Assembly: GCA_044345485.1 (NCBI GenBank)
Contig: JBIJAX010000001.1
Coordinates: 25,452 to 89,451 of the forward strand
DNA length: 64,000 nt
Direction: 5' to 3'
From: Candidatus Kapaibacterium sp.
GTDB taxonomy: Bacteria; Bacteroidota; Ignavibacteria; Kapaibacteriales; Kapaibacteriaceae
Below the pieces are notes generated by a model, which made no database searches, was not told the DNA's origin, and was given only the letters and a program-made list of their open reading frames with translations. This document shows positions 10,301 to 19,072 of the stretch, in pieces. Numbering within the stretch: the stretch's first letter is position 1; each line of letters starts with the position of its first letter. A program made the position numbers and the translations under genes.

Positions 10301-11647
10301 AAGTGCGGCATCTGCTCGAAGCCGACCAGATCCGAACAGCGGATCCCATCCGATCTGTCCGAGATCTTTTGATGAAGCCATCAGCGTTCCGCGAATCTCC
10401 TCAGCTGTGATACCCGGATTTTTCTCGATCATCATCGCGGCAACAGCGGCTGTATAGGGGGCTGAGAATGATGTGCCGCTGACGGATCGATACCGCGAAT
10501 TGACAGACGTTGTAAGGATGCTCTGCCCTGGAGCAGAAAGTGAAACCACTGGGCCCGTTGAAGAAAATGGCGCTCGTTGGTCGTTTCGATTCGTAGCAGC
10601 CACAACGATTACACCATTATAGCTGGCAGGATATTGCGTAGATGTCACGCCACTGTTACCAGCTGAAGCAACAAGAACACACCCACGTGATTGAGCATAC
10701 CGAATGGCATCCTGTAGCAACGGAGAGTTAACACCGTCTCCGAAACTCATGTTGATTACATCAACACCAGTTAGGGCCGCATAGACTACAGCCGAAGCAA
10801 TGTCATCCTCCTCGGCAGCCCCTGTAGCATCAAACGCACGCATCACTCGCAGTCGAGCATTACAGGCCAATCCAGCGATACCCTTTCCGTTGTTGCGCGT
10901 TGCTGCTATCACACCGGCAACGAGTGTGCCATGACCATGTTCATCGAACGGGACAGCGTCATAGCGGGAATCATCTCCGAGGTTCCGAAACTCCTGGTCT
11001 ACGAAGTCAGCGCCGATTACATCATCGATCACGCCGTTATCGTCATCGTCCTCACCGTTGAGATCGCCAGGGATGCCCAATCGTTCCTCATCGTTCGGCC
11101 ATGCATCGAACGCTCCATTTGCATTCAAATCTTCTTTAGGAGAGATAGCTAAAGCATCTCGAAGGTCTTCATGATTCCAATCAATCCCTGTATCGATGAT
11201 TCCTACGACAACTCCCTGCCCTGTTGCATGCTGCCAAGCTTCGCGTGCACCCACAATCTCGAGTGCATATTGTTCCGATACCAACGAGTCGTTGCTGATA
11301 GGCAATTCTTCGGAGGTTACGGCATCAAGCGTAAAGGATTGCACCTCCCACGCTGCAGCAACACCAGAGATACTTCGAATGGAGTCTAGGTTGATATCTT
11401 TAGCTGTAACGCGGACGTACCGTCCTAGTCTGTCGAGCAGCGCATTGGCCTGGGCAGAACTCTGGGCATTCTCTGGAAGCTTTGCAGTGTTCAAGAACGG
11501 TAGCGCTCGCCGCACAGCATAGGGTTGCAGCTCCTTAGGTATCTGCCTGCCCGAAAGCAGTACAAGAACATCTCGCGACTTTCCAATACCTGGCATCACA
11601 CAGCAGACAAGGCCAGCGAGCAGTATGATGGTAGACAGAAATTTCAT
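7349..11647 (-). CDS. giant secreted subtilisin-like (S8) serine protease with FG-GAP/VCBS-like repeats and T9SS CTD
   Basis: It has a signal peptide and the S8 catalytic triad contexts VVGIIDTGID (Asp), HGTLVAGVIAA (His) and SGTSFSAPYTAAVAAMM (Ser). Several DxDGDGxxE/DxNGNGxxE calcium-binding repeats follow. The C-terminus ...APGMYFYVITGQNADGSMTTWPMKKLLIQR matches the T9SS type-A CTD pattern. Confidence 0.8.
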   Translation of the reverse strand: MKFLSTIILLAGLVCCVMPGIGKSRDVLVLLSGRQIPKELQPYAVRRALPFLNTAKLPENAQSSAQANALLDRLGRYVRVTAKDINLDSIRSISGVAAAWEVQSFTLDAVTSEELPISNDSLVSEQYALEIVGAREAWQHATGQGVVVGIIDTGIDWNHEDLRDALAISPKEDLNANGAFDAWPNDEERLGIPGDLNGEDDDDNGVIDDVIGADFVDQEFRNLGDDSRYDAVPFDEHGHGTLVAGVIAATRNNGKGIAGLACNARLRVMRAFDATGAAEEDDIASAVVYAALTGVDVINMSFGDGVNSPLLQDAIRYAQSRGCVLVASAGNSGVTSTQYPASYNGVIVVAATNRNDQRAPFSSTGPVVSLSAPGQSILTTSVNSRYRSVSGTSFSAPYTAAVAAMMIEKNPGITAEEIRGTLMASSKDLGQIGWDPLFGSGRLRADAALSAMGLSRVSITRPLTEEEFDLRTTPSIQIFGSNHVINFLRSEIAFGRGIEPIEWETVSTSWNSVIEGYIGAVPTLSFESGLYTLRVRSYGSDGRHHDCHMRVRIIDADSCRITSLEQVSAWFTDRKTHIITVSTNRPAVCAVTESVPADYDVFSTPRKYASTHSVVLPDSAGYASKLRKVHVTCSPMLGRAADSTIELQTPADEAAPTTGWDIVASAPWAGYVLDDVRDLYRDGSKCFAMNDLSDGGFGRTVIVQYDNGNWAVRDSLNDVYIPRAITDVNGNGRYELLCHVVGRTVLFEQQSPTQSLFSSILFADSTTVVNAAGAADIDGDGREEILALADNACYVYTCKGDIFSLLGIAKNSSSPPTKSGTNRVDEISVGAGDFNGNGRMEIAFSDTDGDLLIHEWNGSSFEEKYVFQGPGAGGSGFVAAGDVNADGRPDILHGVPDRIEADEQGEYGRQAWTYRCFSYSNDSGYTVTWQDHVAGVRYGIGYRNGVALANIDSVPGDEIILSAFPRLYLFGLSAAGNVAPKGFFNDVATPRVLTFDWNKDGVRELGIGTTVPEIGAMTGFTFVQQSASKSMPAPSSLRAYHDRADTTLGSVRLSWYPVDGASAYRIVRRVAASDSVVAEVQATAYRYQMRGLADSIVSFVVQALSSEQSPRPGRSSNRVVVDARPVIFGIQLERSVVSRRELRSGLVLQLTCAGEIDAKGLALPRQILRDVADTAFQVHARIARTPSGQTVQFVFPEVEYSGDSITLHVDLPMSRDLFVARSFTIRVVNEPPAPEQRTVITLSGVDVVSPITLHLRYSHQVDESALQVAAYTLRPEGSVVGVRRIDSASVALELDPAYPLRAKGVTYAVSARNVKYDTSHAIAQGAGNTIAFSVYGSEESDAYTYPQPLKMQVHDALVFAGLPAIADVEVLDDKMNHVIRLRSADGNGGLRWNLRAQDDRVVAPGMYFYVITGQNADGSMTTWPMKKLLIQR

Positions 11648-14310
11648 GCAGGCTCTGCCTCCGAGTAGAGATCCCGTCTGGCAAATGCTAACGCCAGGCG
11701 AAGTTCCGGTACTGATGGCTCTCCACCAATGTGCTGCCTTACGTCTCTCAGTTTAGCATAGCGGTGATATCGAACATATTCGAGCACTGATGTGAAGAGT
11801 GATTCATCAACCAATGATCCACGGGTAATGTGAATTCCCGATTCAATTCCGCGCTGAAGAAGTTCTACGATCGAGGGTTTGGACATCTGAAGGTCTCGGG
11901 ACAGTCGATCAAGCGTGGTGGTTTCGTGGATTGCGCCGACAATGCGCTCTATGTCGGGCGCGAATGAAACGACGCGTCTCTCAGCGTCTTGTTGTCTCGA
12001 CGCCTGAATGCACGTCAGGATCTCCTGCGCATGCTGTGTAAGAAATATCGAGCTTCCATGACGGCCTGGTACGAATTCCTTCAGGGACATTGGCATGTCG
12101 TGTGCGAGCATCGCTATCTCATCGTTTGAGCACAACGAGTGCTCCGGTACTCCACGCTGCGAGGCAATACGTTCTCGCATAGCAACGAGCATTGCATAGA
12201 CGTTGCGGAATGCGGCGTCATCCGCAACGGACGCATCTGAAGTACTTCGCTGTAAGGTAATCTGTTTTGGTAGCGAACCTGCATATTCTTTGCCTTCGCC
12301 TGTGACACCAATCGTAGGATAAAGATCAGCAGTCTTTACAAGCCATCCTGCATCAAGCGCAACATCGATGGTCTCGAGCAGCTCAGCTTTTGTTCTACTA
12401 GGCAATACTCCGAATGCTGTACTTCTGTCGAGCCTGTACTCCTTGACCTTTGGAGAATGCACACCACGGATGATATCAACGATAACGTGACGACCAAACC
12501 TGCCCCTAGTCTGCCAGGCTGCTACGATCGCTGCGTTGATGTTCTCAGCCATTCGTTGTGAAATGTGCTTCTGCGTTCCTGTGGCTGATACGCAACTGGA
12601 GCAAGTACCGCAGCTACCAGAGCAACTCTGATCGCCGAAGTAGGACAAGATTACGTTGCGCTTACACTGACGTGATTCTGCATATCCGATCATGACAGAG
12701 AGCTTCTGCTTCGCACGATCTCGGCGCTGTTGCAGTGCACTGAAATCAATCTCAAGAGCATTGGTCCTAACTCGCGGACCAAGTAGAAGAATGCCGCCCC
12801 CGCTGTTTGGCGGATTGTATCGGATCAGAGTGCCAAGCTGAAGTGCCGAAAGTGCCCTCGACAATTCAGCAGATGTGACATCAGACCTGCGCAACAACTC
12901 AACCACCGGAAAATCTGTTTCTTCTCCCGGAATTCGACCGTTGAGGTGTCTGCTGATAAGCTGCACAGCTAAACGAAACTCAGGGGGCGCCTGCTCGGCA
13001 AACTGCGCTATGCGTTCTCGAGATGTGCGCAACGTAATGCGGGCATTGCCATGCGCAGTGGTAGAGAGCAGAACCCCGCTGCGTTCGAGTAGGGCCATGA
13101 CTCCACGAATGCTAGCTTCAGTTGTATGCAGCGCAGAAGCTATGCTTGCGCTATCAGCCATGATCGGTGTCTGTGAAGATTCGCCGGTCTGCAATCCCGC
13201 ACGGGAGCACAGGTAGTCGTATACAGCCCCAATCTCGTCTTGTTCAGGATACGTCGTCGATACATAAAAATCCATCAGACGCTTGTCTTCAGATTGATAC
13301 AGCAGTGTGCAGGTCGCCGGATTACCGTCGCGTCCAGCTCTGCCGGCCTCCTGATAATACGCTTCAAGCGTCAGCGTAAGATCCGTATGAATCACCTGTC
13401 GAACATCTGACTTGTCTACACCCATGCCGAATGCATTTGTAGCAGCAAGGATGCGAACATTGTCGTTCAGAAAGGCATCCTGCGTTGCAGCCCTTTGTTG
13501 ATGTGTCATTCCGCCATGATATCCCACGGAGTGAACCCCGCGCTTGTTGAGTTCTTCTACCAATGTGTCTACGCGCCTCCGCGATGCGCAGTAGATAATC
13601 ATGGACCCATACTGCAGTTCTCTTGCGGCACGTGTTACGTACTCAACCTTTGCTGCCGTCTGTTCAACCTTCAGGGTAAGATTGGACCTTGCAAAACCGC
13701 GGACAATTTCAACAGGTGATCGTAGCTGCAACGCAGCAATCACGTCTCTGCGCACATCAGGTGTTGCCGTAGCGGTAACTGCAACAACAGGTACTCTCTG
13801 CCGCGATTCAAACAGTGAGAGAATGGTGCGGTAACTTGGACGAAAGTCATGCCCCCATTCACTGATACAATGCGCTTCATCAACCGCAAGTAGGCTTAAA
13901 GGCACCATCTGCAGTTGATTGCGAAATGTTCGCGATTCCAACCTCTCCGGTGCAACATACAGGAGCTTGACCTTTCCCATGGATGCACGGTGGATGATGT
14001 CGTTCACCTCTCCATGCCCCATTCCGCTGTGCAGGGAGTATGCCTCTACACCTATCGATCGAAGGCGCTCTGTTTGGTCCTGCATAAGTGCAATAAGCGG
14101 CGAAACAACTAACGTTAGCTTTGGGAACACTAATGCAGGCACTTGATAGCAAAGTGATTTACCACCGCCTGTGGGCAACACACCGAGAACGTCGCGTCCG
14201 CTGAGTACGGCCGAAACAATATCCTGCTGACCAGGCCGAAATGCAGGAAAGCCGAACGTGTCACGCAGGACACGTTCGGCTTGCTGCATCATTGATATCG
14301 GCGTGGACAT
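11644..14310 (-). CDS. recQ: ATP-dependent DNA helicase RecQ (long form with extended C-terminal HRDC/HTH region)
   Basis: RecQ signatures include FGFPAFRPGQQDIV, LPTGGGKSLCYQVPAL, DEAHCISEWGHDFRP and a Zn-binding Cys cluster (SCSGSCGTCSSC). The 888-aa length is well above the ~600 aa of typical RecQ. An ATGA overlap links it to the downstream protease gene. Confidence 0.85.
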   Translation of the reverse strand: MSTPISMMQQAERVLRDTFGFPAFRPGQQDIVSAVLSGRDVLGVLPTGGGKSLCYQVPALVFPKLTLVVSPLIALMQDQTERLRSIGVEAYSLHSGMGHGEVNDIIHRASMGKVKLLYVAPERLESRTFRNQLQMVPLSLLAVDEAHCISEWGHDFRPSYRTILSLFESRQRVPVVAVTATATPDVRRDVIAALQLRSPVEIVRGFARSNLTLKVEQTAAKVEYVTRAARELQYGSMIIYCASRRRVDTLVEELNKRGVHSVGYHGGMTHQQRAATQDAFLNDNVRILAATNAFGMGVDKSDVRQVIHTDLTLTLEAYYQEAGRAGRDGNPATCTLLYQSEDKRLMDFYVSTTYPEQDEIGAVYDYLCSRAGLQTGESSQTPIMADSASIASALHTTEASIRGVMALLERSGVLLSTTAHGNARITLRTSRERIAQFAEQAPPEFRLAVQLISRHLNGRIPGEETDFPVVELLRRSDVTSAELSRALSALQLGTLIRYNPPNSGGGILLLGPRVRTNALEIDFSALQQRRDRAKQKLSVMIGYAESRQCKRNVILSYFGDQSCSGSCGTCSSCVSATGTQKHISQRMAENINAAIVAAWQTRGRFGRHVIVDIIRGVHSPKVKEYRLDRSTAFGVLPSRTKAELLETIDVALDAGWLVKTADLYPTIGVTGEGKEYAGSLPKQITLQRSTSDASVADDAAFRNVYAMLVAMRERIASQRGVPEHSLCSNDEIAMLAHDMPMSLKEFVPGRHGSSIFLTQHAQEILTCIQASRQQDAERRVVSFAPDIERIVGAIHETTTLDRLSRDLQMSKPSIVELLQRGIESGIHITRGSLVDESLFTSVLEYVRYHRYAKLRDVRQHIGGEPSVPELRLALAFARRDLYSEAEPA

Positions 14311-14316
14311 TATGTT

Positions 14317-15306
14317 TTACGAGGCAACGACAGCCCCAACATGGAATGGGTTGTGCTCTGCAAGTATTGACATAATTGAGTCTGCATCTTCCTCATGAGC
14401 TACAACAATCATTCCAACCCCGAGGTTGAACACGTGCTGCATTTCGGAATCGCTGATTGATCCAGCTGACTTGATCAAGTCAAAAATCGGTGGCACATCC
14501 CACGAGCCCCATGCGATTTCTAGACCAAGCCCGTCTGCCAGAATCCTAGAGGTATTGCCAATAATCCCTCCACCAGTAATGTGAGACAGGCCTCTAGCTA
14601 TACCTGCATCAAGAACAGGAGACAGTGCATGGAGGTAGGATTTATGGACCTTCAGCAGTGCTTGCCCAACTGTAGAGCCCAGCGCTTCAACATATTGATC
14701 TACAGAATAGCTTGGAAACAACGCGGCACGCGCAAGGGAGTAACCATTCGTATGAAGCCCCTCCGACGGAAGTCCTATCAGCACATCGCCTTTGCGTATC
14801 TGAGATCCGTTGATGATACGGGGCTTATCTACCACACCAACAATCGTACCGGCAACGTCATAGTCGCCATCGGCATAGATAGAGGGCATCTCAGCAGTTT
14901 CGCCACCAAGTAGAGCGGCACCGTTTTCTCCGCAAGCCTGAGCAATGCCCTTTATCACGTCCCGCGCAACTCCACGCTCCAGGCGCCCGGTGGCAAAGTA
15001 GTCCAGAAAGAAAAGTGGCCGTGCACCGCAAGCCAGAATATCATTCACGCAGTGATTCACAAGACACTGGCCTACAGTATCGTGAACCCCTGCCATAACT
15101 GCAACCTTGAGTTTGGTGCCAACACCATCGGTACTTGCAACAAGTACTGGATGTTCGTGTTGTGGAAACCGCGCGTCGAAGAAGCCGCCAAAGAGACCGA
15201 TCTCACTGAGCACGCCTGGGGTGCGAGTAGCTTTCACAAACGGCTTGATATCATCGACGAGTTCTTCACCAGCCTTGATATCTACACCGGCAAGTTTGTA
15301 GTCCAT
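14317..15306 (-). CDS. purM: phosphoribosylformylglycinamidine cyclo-ligase (AIR synthetase)
   Basis: MDYKLAGVDIKAGEE, GGFFDA and LVASTDGVGTKLKVA identify PurM. Confidence 0.9.
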   Translation of the reverse strand: MDYKLAGVDIKAGEELVDDIKPFVKATRTPGVLSEIGLFGGFFDARFPQHEHPVLVASTDGVGTKLKVAVMAGVHDTVGQCLVNHCVNDILACGARPLFFLDYFATGRLERGVARDVIKGIAQACGENGAALLGGETAEMPSIYADGDYDVAGTIVGVVDKPRIINGSQIRKGDVLIGLPSEGLHTNGYSLARAALFPSYSVDQYVEALGSTVGQALLKVHKSYLHALSPVLDAGIARGLSHITGGGIIGNTSRILADGLGLEIAWGSWDVPPIFDLIKSAGSISDSEMQHVFNLGVGMIVVAHEEDADSIMSILAEHNPFHVGAVVAS

Positions 15307-15327
15307 TGTTGTTTTTTGAAAGGATAA

Positions 15328-16020
15328 TTACCGAACAGGCTCCCATTCATCAGAAGATGAACGGCCGGTGAACATAACGCTGAGGGCGTTGAGAGTCCAC
15401 GATCCGAGCACGCGAAGATACCCAAACTTGCGGAACCTTCTCGGCGACTCAATCACGTGCAGCTCATGTGCAAACAGAACGCGCCCTCGCAGTCCAATTC
15501 GGGCAAACAGATCAAAGTCCTCGCCAGCAACGAGCTCCTTGCGGTAACCGCCTACGCGCTCAAACATTTCTCGGCGCACCACCTGGCACTCTCCCCTGCC
15601 GGCCCCAACTCGGAGCATGGAGAGCAGGCGCACATATGAATTGTAGACAATGTGAAACACCCTGTCACGCAACTTTTGCTCTGAGGGTGCAAAGCTTACC
15701 GGACATGCAAGGGCCGAAGCCCTGGCATAGCGTCCATTGCGCGTCGCAAATGCCAACAGGCATGCAGTAAACACATCAAGATCTTTGGGAACTGTATCGC
15801 CGTTGATAAAGACCAATACATCACCCTGAGCTCTGCTAGCCCCTTGATTACGGCCCTCAGCAATGGTCTGGCGTCTTGGCACTTCATGCAGCACAACAAT
15901 ATCCGCATGCTTCCTGGCAATATCTAGAGTAGCGTCGGTGCTGCCACCATCGCTTACAATAAGCTCTGCATTATTCAGTATCCGCCACTCACGGGTAAAC
16001 ACCTTGAGGGTATTCTCCAA
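15328..16020 (-). CDS. family 2 glycosyltransferase
   Basis: The GT-A fold is indicated by LIVSDGGSTDATLDIA, a DxD-like motif and GRNQGASRAQGDVLVFINGDT. Confidence 0.65.
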   Translation of the reverse strand: MENTLKVFTREWRILNNAELIVSDGGSTDATLDIARKHADIVVLHEVPRRQTIAEGRNQGASRAQGDVLVFINGDTVPKDLDVFTACLLAFATRNGRYARASALACPVSFAPSEQKLRDRVFHIVYNSYVRLLSMLRVGAGRGECQVVRREMFERVGGYRKELVAGEDFDLFARIGLRGRVLFAHELHVIESPRRFRKFGYLRVLGSWTLNALSVMFTGRSSSDEWEPVR

Positions 16021-16061
16021 GAGCTTTTCCTCTTGGTAAGTGGGAACAATAACGCTGATTT

Positions 16062-17093
16062 TCAGAAGGGCACCACAATTGCAAAGGGATAGAATAAGCC
16101 AAATCGAACACCATCATCTCCGAACTCAAGTGTAGGGCCAGGCAGACGCACGTAGTTCAATCCTTGTCGAAGATAATTCAAGAAGCCCATTGATGTTGCC
16201 TCAGGCAGGATCTTTACCCAATTATAGTCGATTCCAAGCAAGAATCGCCTTTTTATGGGAAGGGGCGTGGAAGACCGCGTACCATCAGGACTAGACGGAA
16301 AGACTTCATAATTCCGAATGCCATACCCAGCAGAGATCATCATCCAGTCTGGCCAGTACTTCTTAAGATTTTCAGGTAGAAGATTATGCACATTGCATGC
16401 AAGCCAAAATGTGGTAGCGTTGTAATCATCCAGCACCGTTACTTCACGTCCGTTTGTTGGCTGATCACCGACAACATGCGCTGGCATATACGACCATCTG
16501 GGCATAAAGTTCTGCGCAAAAGGAGAGAGATTTCGCGCAACATATATCGCTGCACCGGCTGTATTTGCTAGGGCATCTGAGGGTGAGAATCCCCAATTGG
16601 CACCATGGCCGTCCTGGTACTCTACATACGTCATGTATCCGAGCCCCATTGCTGCTCCCAGCCACGTAGATGTGGTATAATCAAATCCACACTCCATCAA
16701 CAGATCGCCACAGACGGTGCTAGACACATATCCAGTATAAGCATGTCCAAACTTGTCAGCGTACTGTGCATAATCACCGTCCTCGATCACACGAAAGCCC
16801 ACGCTGCGCTGCCACCATGAATTGCTCATGTGGTAGTTCAAAAGCACAAACAACCCGCTGTATGCTGTTCCCAGCGCAAGTGCAGAAACTGGTTGCACCT
16901 GAGTGTGGCGTCTTGGAGTGCCACCAGAAAGCGTATACCGTTGATCGTCTGCGAAACGAAACTCTTCGCGTGCTACGTACGTGCTGTCGGCTGCATCCTG
17001 GGCATTGCAGGTGAGAACCGCAACGACCACAGCAACTGCAAGTAGACTAGATCTCATCGACGACCACTCGCATATCCACAACCTTTCTGTCAA
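16062..17093 (-). CDS. secreted DUF2279-like protein (predicted periplasmic lipoprotein family)
   Basis: A signal peptide is present (true start is probably an internal Met near 17057). The YADKFGHAYTGY motif resembles the conserved DKxxH of DUF2279. I have no functional assignment. Confidence 0.35.
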   Translation of the reverse strand: MTERLWICEWSSMRSSLLAVAVVVAVLTCNAQDAADSTYVAREEFRFADDQRYTLSGGTPRRHTQVQPVSALALGTAYSGLFVLLNYHMSNSWWQRSVGFRVIEDGDYAQYADKFGHAYTGYVSSTVCGDLLMECGFDYTTSTWLGAAMGLGYMTYVEYQDGHGANWGFSPSDALANTAGAAIYVARNLSPFAQNFMPRWSYMPAHVVGDQPTNGREVTVLDDYNATTFWLACNVHNLLPENLKKYWPDWMMISAGYGIRNYEVFPSSPDGTRSSTPLPIKRRFLLGIDYNWVKILPEATSMGFLNYLRQGLNYVRLPGPTLEFGDDGVRFGLFYPFAIVVPF

Positions 17094-18441
17094 GTAAGGC
17101 CGGGAAGTATGCTACCACATCGGTTGCCTTTGGACGACCGCCCGAAAAGCCTGTAACACTCGGCGGTCCGGTCAGGATAAGGGGGGCGATCTCTTTTGCA
17201 AAACGCTCAATATCTTTTTTGTCCTTGCCACGGACACCGATGCGCATCATCACCTCGTTTGGCTCAGTCACTGCCGCAATGGGACCATGGCATGCATTCA
17301 TACCGACGTACTCGGTCCGCACTTCATCAAACGTAAGTCCAAGCCGATCTAACCGTTTGCGCAGAACAGTGTCTGCAGCGCGAGCTTTCTCAAATGCATC
17401 AGGTGCCGAATAGGTCAATGAGCCAAAAGCTACATAACCGTCGAGATATGATGCACTTACTTTGAGCGTAGGTGTGTTAGGACGCCCCTTGATACCGTGT
17501 ACACGAACACGGTCGTTTCCAAGGTCTTCGAGCTGAATCGTTGAAAAATCAGCGATGCAGTCCGGCGTGATATATGATGCAGGATCACCGATTTCGTACA
17601 TCAGCTGTTCGCTTACGGTTTCACGGGATACAATGCCACCTGTTCCCTCGTGCTTCGTCACAACGAAGCTACCGTCTGGGAAGGCCTCAATAATCGGAAA
17701 TCCAATATCGTCCATGTTGGGCACGGAGCGCCAGTCGCCAAGGAAGTTGCCACCGCTCGCTTGAGCACCACATTCATTGATGTGGCCGGCTACTGTGCCC
17801 GCCGCCAGCTTGTCCCAGTCATCTTCTTTCCAGCCAAACTCATGGATCATGGGTGCTAGTGTAAGCCCCGTATCCGTTGTACGGCCGGTGATGATAATCT
17901 GCGCTCCCGAGCGCAGAGCCTCGACGATTGGCCAGGCGCCTGTATAGACATTAGCGCTGAGAAGCTTGTGCTTGACTGAGGAGATAGGCACACCTGTTTC
18001 CATGTGCTTCATCTCGTGTCCATGATCGATTAGTCCATCAATTTGGGACAGGATATCATCTCCAATTACCACACCAATCTTGAGTCCGCGTATGCCGAGA
18101 CTTCTCGCTACCTCAAAAATCTTGTCTCTGGCAGCAAGCGGATTGACCCCTCCGCCATTGGTGATGAGCGTTATTCCCTTTTCAACGATATGCGGCAGGA
18201 TCTCTTCGCACACGTCTATGAGGTCTCGAGCATAGCCGAGTTCTGGATTTCGCATTTTCTGCTTCTGCAGAATGGACATTGTGACTTCGGCTAGGTAGTC
18301 CATCATCAGATAGTCAATCTGCCCACGTGTTACTTGTTCGAAGGGGGCACGTTGTAGATCGCCCCAAAAACCCTGGCCGGAGGCAATACGAATTGAAGAT
18401 TTCATGGCATGTATGTCAAGATGATGGTTTATGCTCGTCAT
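17047..18441 (-). CDS. AtuA-like acyclic terpene utilisation family protein (DUF1446)
   Basis: The N-terminal ..IRIASGQGFWGD.. motif and the ~460-aa size fit the DUF1446/AtuA family. The start is ambiguous between 18441 and 18405. Confidence 0.5.
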   Translation of the reverse strand: MTSINHHLDIHAMKSSIRIASGQGFWGDLQRAPFEQVTRGQIDYLMMDYLAEVTMSILQKQKMRNPELGYARDLIDVCEEILPHIVEKGITLITNGGGVNPLAARDKIFEVARSLGIRGLKIGVVIGDDILSQIDGLIDHGHEMKHMETGVPISSVKHKLLSANVYTGAWPIVEALRSGAQIIITGRTTDTGLTLAPMIHEFGWKEDDWDKLAAGTVAGHINECGAQASGGNFLGDWRSVPNMDDIGFPIIEAFPDGSFVVTKHEGTGGIVSRETVSEQLMYEIGDPASYITPDCIADFSTIQLEDLGNDRVRVHGIKGRPNTPTLKVSASYLDGYVAFGSLTYSAPDAFEKARAADTVLRKRLDRLGLTFDEVRTEYVGMNACHGPIAAVTEPNEVMMRIGVRGKDKKDIERFAKEIAPLILTGPPSVTGFSGGRPKATDVVAYFPALLDRKVVDMRVVVDEI

Positions 18442-18982
18442 GAACCAGCGCTTCCACTCCCGAGAGTGCTTGAACTCTCTGCAGAATTACAGCTTCAGAC
18501 AGCGGAAAAATACGAAAGGAAGACGCCTTATTGTTCCTGTGATAGATTGTTATCGTGCTCCACAGCATACTCCGCTGCGTGACAATCCGCTCGATCTCGT
18601 CAAAGCGAATGACTACGCATCCGGAGCGCAGCATGAACCGTATGACTATAGCACGTGTGCGCAAACGCAGGCGTTGAAAGTACAGTCGCAGAGAAAGCTG
18701 AATAATCTGTACCATGCCTATCAATGGCAGGGCATACTTCCATATTGTTGGGCTTGCTGTCCCATAACACATCCAGCCAATTGGGATCAATAGCAACCCA
18801 AACACAATGAGAATTAGAGCCCCAGGAGCACTCAGAAAAAGGTCTAGGTCTTCTCCTGTTTGCTCGGCGCGAAGATCAAGCATATCTATGATCTGCCGAT
18901 AGGCCAATCCACCAAACATGATACACGCAAAGGCAAAGGCCACATATGCCCCATATGGAAAGATCGACCAGTTCATGAGCAT
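18416..18982 (-). CDS. membrane protein with bacterial PH (bPH_2/DUF304-like) domain
   Basis: Two predicted TM helices are followed by a basic stretch and a small beta-rich domain (IRFDEIERIVTQRSMLWSTITIY), which is the topology of YdbT-like bPH proteins. Confidence 0.4.
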   Translation of the reverse strand: MLMNWSIFPYGAYVAFAFACIMFGGLAYRQIIDMLDLRAEQTGEDLDLFLSAPGALILIVFGLLLIPIGWMCYGTASPTIWKYALPLIGMVQIIQLSLRLYFQRLRLRTRAIVIRFMLRSGCVVIRFDEIERIVTQRSMLWSTITIYHRNNKASSFRIFPLSEAVILQRVQALSGVEALVHDEHKPSS

Positions 18983-19072
18983 CTCCCTAAAGTCTACATT
19001 TTTACTTTTTTACTCTACCGCATTTGGGACATATTTGCGGTAAGATAGTTTTTATCGTTACCTGAGCACCGT

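Noticed and set aside
12114-14152. Antisense ORFs within recQ (12875..13216, 13495..13719 and others)
   Set aside because: They lie inside the well-supported recQ coding region and have no conserved motifs.
18983-19072. Possible TAnnTTTG promoter upstream of the rodZ-like gene
   Set aside because: The best candidate reads CAtaTTTG, which is a one-mismatch match only, so it is not reported as a feature.
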